A stretch of DNA of 63,481 bases, counting the filler, from Folioceros fuciformis (lineage: Eukaryota): assembly GCA_049999805.1 (NCBI GenBank). It is 4 parts of 3 records of this genome, joined end to end, with 100 filler letters (N's around TTAATTAATTAA, not from the genome) between each part and the next. Parts side by side here need not be neighbours in the genome. Positions count along the whole stretch, not along the records: positions 1 to 28,236 come from JBNGIO010006283.1; positions 28,337 to 48,697 come from JBNGIO010006283.1; 2 more parts are not named here. One strand, written 5' to 3'. The notes under the pieces are model-generated. The model did no database searches. It was not told the origin of the DNA and saw only the letters and a list, made by a program, of their open reading frames with translations. Of this stretch, positions 23,555 to 35,772 are shown piece after piece. The translations under genes were made by a program, and so were the position numbers. Every line of letters begins with the position of its first letter. Positions within the stretch are counted from its first letter, which is position 1.

Positions 23555-26500
23555 ATGGAGCTGCAAGCACAGATGAAGGGGCGTCAGGTTTACACAAGTT
23601 TCTGGACATCTGGAAAGGAAAGGTAAGTTGATGCAAGAAATTTGCTGTCTCCACACTTGGTCATCTCACGAGATGGTTGAATGCAGGACAAGCTTTGTCT
23701 TGAGTGAAGCTGAAGCGCAGAGAATATGCAAAGAAGGGATGGTCCAGGATGTGCTAGGAGTCATGGACCAACAGGGAGAGGTGCCATCGGTACAAATGTA
23801 CAAGAATCTGTTGCAGGCATGTTCTAAACAGAAGGCCCTGGCTGACGCCAAGTTGTTACATGTCCATCTGGTCAACAATGGATTAGAATCCAGCAGATTT
23901 TTAGGCGACCTTGTAGTCACCACACTAGTGAATTGTGGGAGCCTTGATGACGGAATCCAGGCGTTCAGAAAATTGTCTCGCCGAACTGTTTTCTCTTGGA
24001 CAGCTGTCATTTCAGCGTATAGCAACGCTGGGAAAAGCCGGCAGGCTCTAATGTGCTATCAGCAGATGCAGCAGGATGGAGTGCTTCCAGACGCCTATAC
24101 ATTCGTGAGCTTAATCAAAGCTTGAAGTAGGCTGGGAGATCTGGAAAAGGGCCAGCAGGTACATGCTGCTGCTTTGAAGCATGGGTTGGGTTCGGATATC
24201 TTTGTCGGCAACAGCTTGATGAGTATGTACGCAAATGCGGGAGCCTCAAGAGTGCTCGGGGTGTGTTTGATGGATTCTGCCACCGTGATTTAGTGTCCTG
24301 GAATGCAATGTTGGCTGCATATTCTCAGCAGCGGCGTGCTTAGGGCTTTATTGGCAAATGAAAGAGGAAGAAGTTCGGCCAGATCCTCGGACGTTTGTCA
24401 GTGTTCTCCAAGCTTGTTCCGCTCTTGCAGAGCAGGAGAAAAGCGCACTTATGGGAGGGCAAGACCTCAAAGTCATAGCGTTGAGCAGGGGACAGGAAAT
24501 CCATGCTGAGGCTGCTAGGCGGGGTTGCGACTTCGACCCATTTGTGGGGAATTCTTTAGTCAGCATGTATGCCAAGTGTGGGGATCTTGTGTATGCACAA
24601 CATTTATTTGACAGATTGCCCCAGCATGATGTGGTTTCATCGAAGGCTATGATAGCTGCCTATGCTCAACAGGAACACGGAGAAACTGCCTTGAAGATTT
24701 TCAAGAAAATGCAACATGAGGGCATCGTGCCTGATTCATGCACCTTTGTCCGTGCTCTTCAAGCATGTGGCGCCGTTGCAGCACAGGAAGAAGCTACACC
24801 TGACAAGCTGGAAAGCATCAAGTTGGAGTCACTGCAGAGGGCGAAGAAGATGCACGCTGCAGCTGTAAGTATGAATTTCGAATCAGTTGCCTCTGTCCGC
24901 AGCAGCTTAGTTAGTCTGTATGCAAAGTGTGGGAGCATCGGGGATGCTGAACTGGTATTCGGCAGATTTGGCCAGCATGATGTGGAGTCATGGAATGCCA
25001 TGATTGCAGCATATGTTCAGCAACGACAGGGAGGGAAAGCTCTGCAGATTTATTTGCAGATGCATGATATGGGGGTTATACGAAATGCCAGGACTTTCGT
25101 TAGTGCCCTTCACGCATGCAGTACCATAGCCGAACAGGAAGACGGAGAACTTTTGGATGGCCGGCTTGTGAAACCTGAGTCACTCCAAAATGGGAAAAGA
25201 ATGCATGCTGAAGCTGCTAGATTGGGATGTGTAACAGACATATTTGTTGGTAACTCTGTAGTCAGTATGTATGCAAAGTGTGGGAGCACTGAGAAATGCT
25301 GAAGAAGTGTTTTACAGATTGTCTTACCGGGATGCTGTATCCTGGACTGCAATCCTCACAGCTTATACTCAGCGAAATGATGGAAAGACAGCCATGGAGA
25401 TATTCCAGCAAATGCTCGCGAAGGACATAGAACCAGATGCCAGAACCTTTGTCGGTGCTCTTCAAGCCTGCAGCATCCTGGCAGAAAAGGAGAACGGCAC
25501 GCTTGTGGGTGGGTTTGCGGTGAGGGCTGAGTCTCTGCTGAAGGGGAAGAAAATACATGCTGAAGCAGCAGGAGGGGATTTGGTTTAGACATTTATGTCT
25601 CTAATGCGCTGGTCAATATGTATTCAAAGTGTGGGAGCATCCAGGATCCAGAACAGGTGTTTAACAAATTATCCGAGCGCAATGTCGTGACGTGGACTAC
25701 CATGATTTCAGCATACATACAAGAGAAACAGCCGGAAAGAAGTTTGCAGCTCTTCTGGCAAATGCAAGCAGAGGGCATTAGGCCAACGGCTCACCCTTGT
25801 GGCATTGCTCTGCAGGCATGTGGTGCCATTGCAGACAAGGAGAGAAGTACACTTGTGGAAGGTCACAGTGTGAAAGTCGAGTCCCTCCAGAAGACGAAAG
25901 AAGTGCATACATCAGCTGTTGCTCGAGGTTCTGAATCTGACATTTCTGCGGGTAGCACTTTGGTTAGAGTGTACGCTGTATGCGGGAGCATTCATGATGC
26001 TGAACAGTTGTTTGACAGATTTCCCCAACATGATGTCGTGTCCTGGAGTGCCATGATTGCAGCATACGCACAGCAGCATCAAGGAGAAAAGTCCTTGCAA
26101 ACTTATGGAAGCCTGCGAGAAGCCGGAGTGATACCCAACGCTCAGACGTTTGCCAGCGCCCTCCAAGCATGCGGTGGCATTGCTGAAATGGAAAAAAAAC
26201 ATTTCTGTGGAAGGGCAAGGAGTTAAATTGGACTCGCTGCACAAGGGGAAAACGTTGCATGCTGATGTTGCCGACATGGGTCTTGAGTCTGATGTCTTTG
26301 TCGGTAGCGCGTTGATTCGGATGTATGCGAAGTGTGGAAGCATCGTGGATGCCGAACATGTGTTTGACAGCCTCTCCCAGCGCAACATTGTATGCTGGAA
26401 TGCAATGATTGAGGGGTATGCCCAGCACGGTGACGGGAAGAAGGCTCTACAAATATTTGCCGACATGCAAGGAGAAGGCTGGGAGTCAGATGAAGCTACG

Positions 26501-27331
26501 TATCTGTCTGTTCTGGAAGCGTGCTGCGTTACAGGATCCTTAGATATCTGCAAGTGCATGCACCGGAGAATCGTTGAGAGTGGACTCGACTGCAACCTTT
26601 CTGTAGCAAACAGTCTGATACATACGTATGGCAAATGTGGAAGCGTGGTGGAGGCTCAGAACGTGTTCGACTCACTTGCTGAGCCCGATGTGATTTCATG
26701 GAATACACTAACTGGTGGATATGCCCAACAAGGAAGCTACGAGACAAGCAGACATTGTTATGAGGCCATGTGTTGTGCAGATGTGAGACCAGATAAAGTT
26801 ACTCTGACGATGCTGCTGTGCGCATGCAGTCATGCTGGCAAGGTGGATGAAGGGTTGGAGTACTTTGAGGGCATGACTAGGGATCACGGCATTGCTGCAG
26901 AGCTGGAGCATTACGTGTGCCTGCTTGATCAGGTTGGCAGAGCAGGGCTGTTAAACAAGGCGGAGGAATCGCTCTCCACTATGTCAATGCAGCCTACGTT
27001 TACCATGTGGCTGTGCTTATTGGCTTCATGTCAGAAATATGGTAATGTGGTGCTGGGAAAGTATGCGTTTGATGGTGCCTTGAGCGTAGACACAGGACAA
27101 GCAGCACCTCATGTGTTGATGTCAAACATGTACAGTGACGTGGGCATGTGGGAACATCCAAAGGCAATGGATGATTTGCGACGAAAAACAGGCGCATGGA
27201 AGAAGCCTGGCCAGGCATGGTTTGAGCATGAGCAACAAGTGCACATGTTTCTAGCGGGGGATAGAAGGCATGAACAAGAGGGTGAGACGTATGAGTTACT
27301 GAGGGAGCTGGACTCGTGTAGTGGTACGTGA
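23555..27331 (+). pseudogene. Disrupted paralog of the neighbouring PLS-E+ PPR genes
   Basis: Continuous PPR homology over ORF pieces 23628-24125, 24358-25302, 25271-25588, 25618-26226 and 26150-27331. In-frame TGA at 24123-24125 replaces a conserved Cys; about five frameshifts/deletions; ends WKKPGQAWFEHEQ. The 5' start is uncertain. Confidence 0.85.
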
Positions 27332-28144
27332 CAGCTGATCACGAGGCTTCCTTCTGCATGAGGTTAACCCATGGTGACAAAAACGTTTCTGGGCTGTGGG
27401 CTTTGAGGAAAGAGCGTGAGCAGGCGAAGTTATCCTGCTTCTCTAGTTACTTGTGCAGTGAAAGTCATTCAGCTGACAGGCAGTCTGCAGCAGAGGTGAG
27501 GTGCCACAGGTAAATCTAAAACGGGACTGTGACGTTACCAGCAAAGGCACAGGCACAGCACAGCACAGGACAGAAGCATGCATGAGATTGGCGTTTAGTG
27601 ACTAGTCCACGGCTTGCTGTGCATGGCATGTGCAATGGGTGAATTGGTCCATGCCATGCCATACCTTGCTGTGAACGACAACAGGACTGAAGGGAGAGAG
27701 CTTTGGCTCAGTGGCTTTGGCTTGGGCTTGACATCCATTGGTGACAGTCGCAGATCCAACAACCGGGTGATACGTACCTGGCTGTGCGGGCTGCTGGTGT
27801 CGGGCATGCGCCACAAGGATGGAAGCCCACGTGGAGTTGCTGGGAACTCGCTACTCGGGAACAATAGTGCCGTCTTCCAATCTGAGAGGGGTAGAAGCCT
27901 AAATATGTACAGTACTGTACATCCCAATGGGGGTACAACTGGACAGACTGAGGTTGCTTTAGGCCGTACCCACATTGGTTGCCAAAGCAAGCACGCGCAT
28001 ACGGAGATCCTGCTCTGGCATGCACTTCCAAGAGTAAGAGAAAGGTGCGTGTCTCGAGAGCGTGTCATGTTCGAAGTGTCCTATTTTGGTGTCCTGTTGC
28101 CACGGGTAGCCAATGGAAAGGCGTCTACACTATGCTATGCTTCA

Positions 28145-28456
28145 GTGTGTGGGTGTGGTGCGGGGCAGTGCGGTGCGGTGCGGTGTGGCGGGGTTGGGTG
28201 TGGTGCGGTGCTGTGCGGTGTGGCGGGGTTGGGTGTNNNNNNNNNNNNNNNNNNNNNNNNNNNNNNNNNNNNNNNNNNNNTTAATTAATTAANNNNNNNN
28301 NNNNNNNNNNNNNNNNNNNNNNNNNNNNNNNNNNNNTGGTGTGGTGTGGTGTGGTGTGGTGTGGTGTGGTGTGGTGTGGTGTGGTGTGGTGTGGTGTGGT
28401 GCGGTGGGGTGTGGTGCGGTGGGGTGTGGTGCGGTGGGGTGTGGTGTGGTGTGGTG
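28145..28456. repeat. (TGGTG)n-type microsatellite flanking a linker-containing gap (28237-28336)
   Basis: Pentamer repeats on both sides of 44N-TTAATTAATTAA-44N. Confidence 0.9.
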
Positions 28457-31400
28457 ATACGGTGCATGCAGGCAGATATGTACCTGGGGCTGGGGCTTTT
28501 CCTGGGCCTGGGCAGCCCGCCCTGCCATAGTCCGGTGTTTGCCTCATGTACCGACAGTGGTTCCTGAACAGATGGCCACAGCATGGGACAACAATACGGT
28601 TGTGGACCCACCCAACAACAACAACTTGACGTACATACAGGGATTCTACGACGAGCTTCCGATTCCGCTCTGAGTACTGTATGTATCGTAGAATACTTGT
28701 GAGGTGCTGCTGCTGCTGCCGCTGCCAGTGTCGTGGAAAGGTTCGCAGCTTTGTGGAAAGAGGAGTGCCAGATCACTTATTGGCGGGCAACTGCCCGGTG
28801 AATGTGTGCGCAAAATGTGATAAATCCGACGATGTACAGCACGCCGTCACGGTGCCCGTGCCCGTGTCGGGGCGAGCGGGCTACCTATCCAAATGGGGCG
28901 GGCACTGGCAGTGTGGACACAACTCAAAGCTATGGTTGTGCACTGGCTTGACATCTGACAGGATGTATGGAATGGCTGCAAGATGAGCCTGTGTGGGGGG
29001 GCCCGCTCCGCTGCTGGGAGGGCAAGACGCTGTTTTTGTTTTCAAAGTGTCGTGAAGCAGAAGCGTCTCTGAGAAGAGTGTGAGTGCATCCGTATACTGC
29101 TCATGGCCAATCGTGAACCGGAAGACTCTCCGAGTCTGAGTGCATCCGTGAAGTGCTCATGGCCAATACCGTAGCGTAGCTACACACATGAGGTGGGCCG
29201 ATGTGGAGTAGGCAGCCTCCTAGGAGCTAACAAAAGACGTTGCCTGCAGCAGCGAGCGAGCTTCTTGAGGTAGGGAAGAAGCAGGTGCGGTACGTACGTT
29301 TGCAAATATAATATTGCAGAGAGCACAGCACGAATGCACCTGAGTCTGAAACTGTGTGGGAAGACGCCGTATGCATGTAGCCCCGCCCAGCCAAACCAAA
29401 ATTGGTGTTGGTGTTGCAGCCTCTTCCCAAACCATATATATATACATCGGGAAAGGAAGCTAGCTTTAGACTAGGGCTTCATCCCTTGATTCCACACTCC
29501 CACTTCTGGAATGGTTGGTATACCATGGTAATGGTATGGTGACATGATGTGTGGATCCATTCAAGTTTCATTTGAAACTGTCAGGCTCCACACTATTTCT
29601 TCACTTTGACTCAGTATGGGCTTCCTTTCCATACATGGCATCACATCATCACGTCACGAGTGACATACATCCGTGGACTGGACTAGATTGGATGGCTAAC
29701 AATAATCCCCACCACAAGGCCAACGTTTGATTCTCCAACCCCCTTCCAATATATACATATATATTCAAAAAATAACTTTTTTATTTAATCCATTTAAAAG
29801 ACAGTAATAAATTTTTTACTTTCTTTTCCCCAAACTTCGAGATCATACTCCCCCACGTACCAATGAAGGTGCGCCTTGTGATAGCTTGGGATAGGGTACG
29901 ATAACTCATTATCCTTCCTTCCGTCTGTCTTATTATTCTTAAACTACCAAATAATCATATCATGCACCAATAAATTGGATGCTTTCAAGCATATTTACAC
30001 AGATCACTGGATAAAATAACAAACCACTGGATACAGTGACAGATGGTTGGACGGAATAACAGACCCTTGGATAGAATAATGGACGGTTGGATAGAAAAAG
30101 AAAAAAAAGTTGGAAAGCGGCAACAAAAAGCCTAAGAGGTAGAGCGCTAGCGCGAGCCCGTCCCACAAATCATGCGACCTTTGCTTGTCACCCCAATTCT
30201 TTGCATGAGCGCATATCATATCATGACGGTAGCCAAAGACTGCATCACACATGTGAAACATCGGTGAATGAGTTCCACTACGACTCTTGATCATGAGTTT
30301 TGGCTGGAGCAATGGCGACTAGCTGCAAATCAAAATTTGGATTCATAGGGTTCACCTAATACTATCATCTTACAAACTCAATGGCATCTTCAATTGTGAA
30401 CCATCCGTGTGCATACAGACACAAAAACGTGTTCGTCATAACCTCCATTTAGACTCAGGACAAGACAAGAAAGCTCAGCGTGCCCCCTCAAGGAGCACGG
30501 AGTGGTCATTGTATCGCGAGCACCAGCAGCGGAAAGAAAAAAGAAAAAAAAAAAGAGAAAAGAAAAGAAGACAGCACGAAGAAGCCTTTCAAACTTCCGC
30601 TTCCCTACTAGTAGAGTCAATTTGTGTCCTCGGAACGAGTCACACAATGTGCCTCCGACGGGCCATGAAAGGGACCGGACAGAGGAAAGAAGAAAGACAC
30701 TCACCTCCGCTTCGGGATCGGGAAAGAAGCACAACCGGAGCTCCTCCCCTGGTAGTTTGGGTCCCTCTCCTATTCCGCCAGAAGAATGACGGACCTGAGT
30801 CACAGCAACTTGCAACTTCACTCCTGGCTAGGACAGGTATGCTCAAGACTTTGTGCCCCTGAAGATGGCCGGACCCAACAAGCTAAACCAGGGTTGTCCA
30901 TGTCAGGGAGGAGAAAACATGAGACAAGGCTACCCGACACTCAAGCGCCAACAAGGATTTTGAAGCAGAACCAGGGTACAGAACATAAGCAGCAAAGCTC
31001 ACTTTATATAATGTCAAACAGATCTGTATGACCTACAATGTCACATAGTTTGCCGATCCTTAGCTTGCAAAAAGCAAGCAGTCCAGCTAGAGGGGAAGAG
31101 GAGGCAACGACACCCAAGTATAACCGGTTCAGGCTCCCTCCTCCATTCACATTGGGCTGATCTGCTTTAAAGCAAGGCACCCTGATGACCAAAAAGCATG
31201 ATGATGATCAAAGCAAAGCACCATAAAACCAAAAATCGTCGTGAACAGGTCCATGCTTTGGTTGCCTTCACACTTGCTTCAACCAACACCAACACCAACT
31301 AAGCTGATCAACAAGATGCAAATCTTAATCCAACAAGAGTCTGCAGAGGAGCTAAATTTACTGTTGCAATCGGGCACCCTGCACCGATGAATTCAGTGCA

Positions 31401-32146
31401 CAACCTAGACTACATGGATAAAAACAACTAGACAGCAAAAAAAAGGAACAAAAGCTCAAACAGCAGGTACCTGCTTCCTCTTTGCCATACGTCCTCCACA
31501 GCCGCAATATCATGGTCTCAAGAACTTGAACCAGCCCACTAAGGTTGTTGACAGCCTAGCTGGAAGTAATACACGTACTTTCCCCATCGCCCACTCAAGA
31601 GGTCGGAATGTGGAGCGAAGAGGAGCGTTGAGCCAGTCACGGGTGTGAGGTCAGCGTGGTGTACCTGCAAAAGGAGTTTAAGGGTAACTACTAATTGACC
31701 TGAAGTCTCCTGTACTAGTAGCTACAGTAGAGATGGACGTGAGGGAAGGATGGAGGCTCTAGCACCCACTCGCATTCCCACCAGAGTGATAACGCGACCA
31801 GCAAGCAGTAGCACCCTGGAACTGATGGGGAGAACGGCAAATAGGTGTGAAGAACATGTATCCTCCAGCCAGGCCAACAAGCAGCCGTCAACCAACCAGC
31901 CTACCATGTATCCTTCAACCGAGCACATACATACATCCATCCATCCATCAATCTACGCATCCATTCATCTCCGTCAGTCCTCCATCCCTTCCTCCTATTC
32001 CTCCTTCCTCCTCCATTATGCTGCTGCTGAGGGGACAAGAGTACATACTTACAAATTGCCAGGACCCCGCCCTTTTGCCTTGTTGCTTGTAGGCAGAGAG
32101 GCAAAGAGGAGAAAGGCAAAAAGAAGAAACGGAAGATGAGACGAGG

Positions 32147-33838
32147 TCAATCGAATCCAAGACGGAGCGAGAGATCTAATTTAGGGGGGGCCGGGAAAGG
32201 GTCTTCGCGAGGCCTGTCCGCCCCAAATCCTTGAGCATTTCCAAGATCAGGGCGAGCTTTACAAGCAAGATCAGTATTGTTGGCGACGAAGCGTTGGTGG
32301 GGCTGGGCTGCAGCGGCAACAGAGGTCGCCACTGCCCCTCTCAACGTTCCTTCAGGGCGGGGGCCAACTAAAGCGGCCTGCCAGCTTGCGCGGGTATCGT
32401 CCTCGTGGAAGGAGGGCACAATCGATCTGCCCAAGTGCTCGGCAGCCTCGAAACGCGCCCCTCCTCCTCCACCACCACTACCACCTGCACCTCCACCTCC
32501 ACCTCCTTCACGGCCTCCACCTCCGACTCCTGCAGCCACTACAACTCCTCGACTTGGCGTCCTGCCGTGGCCGTTAGTGTTGCTGCTGCTGCTGTTGGGA
32601 GCCGCGGCAGCACCATACTTGCCTGGGCCCGGGTTAAAGCTCATGTACGACTGCCTGGGCCAGCCCGGGAGCAGGGCATTAGCTGGTCGAGGCAGAGGAA
32701 CACAATCGGCCATGAGGGGCTGGTTGCTGCCGTAGCCATGGTGCTGAAGCGTGGCCGAATGAGCCTGCACGCCCAGGGTTCTGTGGCTCACACCGCTAGC
32801 CCCAGCTCCCAAACCATCCAAATTTGGGTGCGGCGGCCGGGCCTGATGGTGCGGAGAGTGCTGCAGGTGGAGCGGCATTAGCCGAGGAGCCACCACCGAT
32901 CCAAAGCGCTGAGCCCGCCTCGCAGCCGTCCTCTCCCGCTTATGGGCATTCTGGTGTCCACCCAAAGCCTGCGAGCTGAAGAACTTCCTCTGGCAGAAGT
33001 TGCAGGAGAAGACGCGCTGCTCAGCTGCTGCTCCTCCTGCTGCTACTGTACCTCCTCCTGCCGATAACTCTGCGCCTGCAGTCCCCGTAGCTGCAGCTCC
33101 TCCACCACCACCACCACCTCCTCCTCCTCCTCCCGCCGCGGCGTCGCTGCTGCTCCCAAAAGGGCTGTCATCCACATTCAAAGAGGCAGAGTTCTCCCCC
33201 TCGTGAGAACGCCGGCTGCCCTCGTCCGACCGAGTTGGGCTGCTGGAGGAAAGGGATCTCCAGCTGCTGTGGCACTCCACATCCGACGTGGCCACCTCTT
33301 CCCGAGATCCCGTCCCTGCCGCCTCCTCCTGCTGGTGGTGCTGCTTCCAAGTCGCCAATGGTGATACCGCCGCCTCCGCCGGCGCAAAGCATGCGTTCTC
33401 CTTCACACAAGATGCGGCTTCCCCTTGCCCTTGCCCATGCCCTTGCTCTAAGCGGCTGCTGCTGCTGACGGGCTCACGCTCCTCGGCGGCGGTGCTCCTG
33501 CCGAAGGCGTCCGAGTGCAACCTCTTGGATTTGTGCTGGCTCTGCTGCTGCTGCAGCTGCTGAGCATCACCAATCCGCAGACTCAAATCCAGGAACGATT
33601 TCACATGTACATCCTTGACGATCACCACATCCCTGCCAGCCTCCAGATCCAGGAAGAGATGATGGCCCTGGAGCACCGCCGCCGATGCTCCAGCCTGCCC
33701 AGATGTTGCTGCTCCTGGTCCCCCTCCGGCCCCGGCGGCGACTGTGGCTGCAACCCTAAGGCAGGAGGAGGATGCCCAGGGGAGCGCGGAGTCGGCCAAC
33801 ACGCTGTTGGGCTGCCCTCCTTCGGGAAGGCTTCTCAT
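32147..33838 (-). CDS. Single C2H2 zinc-finger protein (QALGGH, ZFP/GIS/SUPERMAN-like group) with EAR repression motifs, ~563 aa
   Basis: [39 protein letters not shown]-terminal LDLSLRL and internal LDLSLRI. First in-frame ATG is at 33838, with an in-frame TGA upstream at 33916-33914. Confidence 0.92.
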   Translation of the reverse strand: MRSLPEGGQPNSVLADSALPWASSSCLRVAATVAAGAGGGPGAATSGQAGASAAVLQGHHLFLDLEAGRDVVIVKDVHVKSFLDLSLRIGDAQQLQQQQSQHKSKRLHSDAFGRSTAAEEREPVSSSSRLEQGHGQGQGEAASCVKENACFAPAEAAVSPLATWKQHHQQEEAAGTGSREEVATSDVECHSSWRSLSSSSPTRSDEGSRRSHEGENSASLNVDDSPFGSSSDAAAGGGGGGGGGGGGAAATGTAGAELSAGGGTVAAGGAAAEQRVFSCNFCQRKFFSSQALGGHQNAHKRERTAARRAQRFGSVVAPRLMPLHLQHSPHHQARPPHPNLDGLGAGASGVSHRTLGVQAHSATLQHHGYGSNQPLMADCVPLPRPANALLPGWPRQSYMSFNPGPGKYGAAAAPNSSSSNTNGHGRTPSRGVVVAAGVGGGGREGGGGGGAGGSGGGGGGARFEAAEHLGRSIVPSFHEDDTRASWQAALVGPRPEGTLRGAVATSVAAAAQPHQRFVANNTDLACKARPDLGNAQGFGADRPREDPFPAPPKLDLSLRLGFD

Positions 33839-35772
33839 GTTCAAAACGGCGCGACCATCATTTTCCGATGCACCAGCTGCAGCGGCAGCGGCGTCCCTGC
33901 CTCTGCCTGCCGCTCATGGGTGATCCATGCTGCTGCTGCTGCAGCAGCACCGTGCACATGCGTCCCTCGTTGTTGTGGTTCTCCTTGCTCTTCGCCAGGT
34001 GCAGTGTCGGCGTCACGAGAACAAGCTGCACTTCAGCAAGCTGCTGTTGCTGTGATGGTGGTGGTAGTGGTGGTGGNNNNNNNNNNNNNNNNNNNNNNNN
34101 NNNNNNNNNNNNNNNNNNNNNNNNNNNNNNNNNNNNNNNNNNNNNNNNNNNNNNNNNNNNNNNNNNNNNNNNNNNNCTTCAAGCCTTTCTGGCTGCAACC
34201 TCGCCCACACCATCCTGCGCTCGCCACCACGCTCCTCCCTCCTGTCGTCCACACTCCCAACTCTTCACCTTCCTTTTCATTTTCTCGCAGCCCCCACTAC
34301 AACTACGACCAACAACAAGAACAACAACAACAGCGACAAGGGCGACACCAGCAACGACAACAACAACAATAGCAACTCCTCCTTTCCTAAACAAGTCCCA
34401 CCACTGTCACAAACTCCCCTTTCAACCATACGGTATCCATACACCCCACATATAATAAGTCGTCTTTCTGCTCTCTCTCTCTTACCTGGACCCTCCGACT
34501 GCTGTTACGCTAGTACCTGGCTAGCTTGGCATATACTAGCTAAAAGGGAAGTACTGTAGTTCAGTGGGTGTCTCTGCAGTGGACTTTATTACAACTGTAT
34601 CTCACCACACGACACCGCTTTTCCAGTGATCATAAAAAGCGACCCGGCACCCTTGGCTGGTCATTGGTAGGTACCAGTGGCGGTGTGAGATCGGGCCCTC
34701 TCTTGTGCAAAATATGAGTATGGAGAGAAGTCAGTCCATCTCTCCGGTCGGAGCCGTATGCAGGTAGATAGATAACAGGACTTTCAGGACTGCACGAATG
34801 CTTCCTGGGAGAGAGCTGCCCATATCCAAAGAGATTCTGCCACACGACAGGACACCAGCACAGCGCAGAGTTGGAAGGGGGGGGGGGGGGGTGGTGCAGC
34901 GGAAGGCGACGGGAGTGAAGAGAAGGCAAGGCAAGGGCAGGGAAGGAGGGACGCCCGCAAACGAAGACACACACATGTACATGGGGCAGGGAACCTGCTC
35001 GATTCAACCCGCCGCTTCCTTTGCGAAGCAGCAGGAGCTGCTGCTGCTGCTGCTGCTGTTGCTTCTCCGAGAACCCGCAGCCATGCATCTCCACTCCACC
35101 AAACGTAGGTGGTGGGTAGGTAGTAGGTGTTACATATTTGTACATCCTCCTAACTCCACTTCAGTCAGTCCGGCCCGGCTTGCTAGCTAGCACCACTGCC
35201 TGCTGCACAAACATGTCTGTCCCATGTGGTCCACTTCCCCATCTCATGTCATCCCTCCTACCAGCCGGGCGAGAAAAAAGGTCCAGGACCTGTAGATGCT
35301 GCTGACAAGAGAATCCGCTTTCCGACCGCACCGGGGCCATGCCCCCATGTTCTCTCGCAACCTCAGTTTCACAAAACAGCGTACCCCCGCTCTCAGCATA
35401 CTTAGCATGGATGATACATTCACAACAGAACGAATATGGTTAGCAATGTTCAGGCGGATCAGACACCCAACCTCCCGTGTGGCAACTGCTACCAGACCCC
35501 ATGAGAAGAAAAAAAAGCGCTGAAACGACACTCCAGAAAACTTCGTCAACTTTTGTCCTCTCCTTCCAGCCGGCCTGTCAGACATTTCGACTCCCAAAAT
35601 AAAGCGAAACCCCTATCCGCACAATCCCGGCGACAGTGTGTACCCTGGGGGCATGCAATCATCCCCCTCTCATCAAGACGTGGGTGATGGACCACCTTCC
35701 TCGCTAACGTGGCACAAAGTGTTGGTGACCGGCAAAACTTGTGAAACCCACTTACAACCCGGCCGGGGCATG

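Noticed and set aside
24123-24125. PPR pseudogene stop as an editable codon
   Set aside because: The expected residue is Cys (TGY), which U-to-C editing of TGA cannot restore, and several frameshifts follow.
27595-28288. 157-224 aa ORFs downstream of the PPR pseudogene
   Set aside because: No domain signal, and they run into a microsatellite and gap.
28281-28292. TTAATTAATTAA palindrome inside N runs (also at 48742-48753 and 60226-60237)
   Set aside because: The identical 44N-12bp-44N layout with stops in all six frames is an artificial scaffolding linker; adjacency across these joins is uncertain.
33515-34455. Long plus-strand ORFs spanning the gap, and other antisense ORFs over the PPR, ZFP, MATE and TWD40-2 genes
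   Set aside because: Shadow frames of GC-rich coding sequence or microsatellites; some are open only because of Ns.
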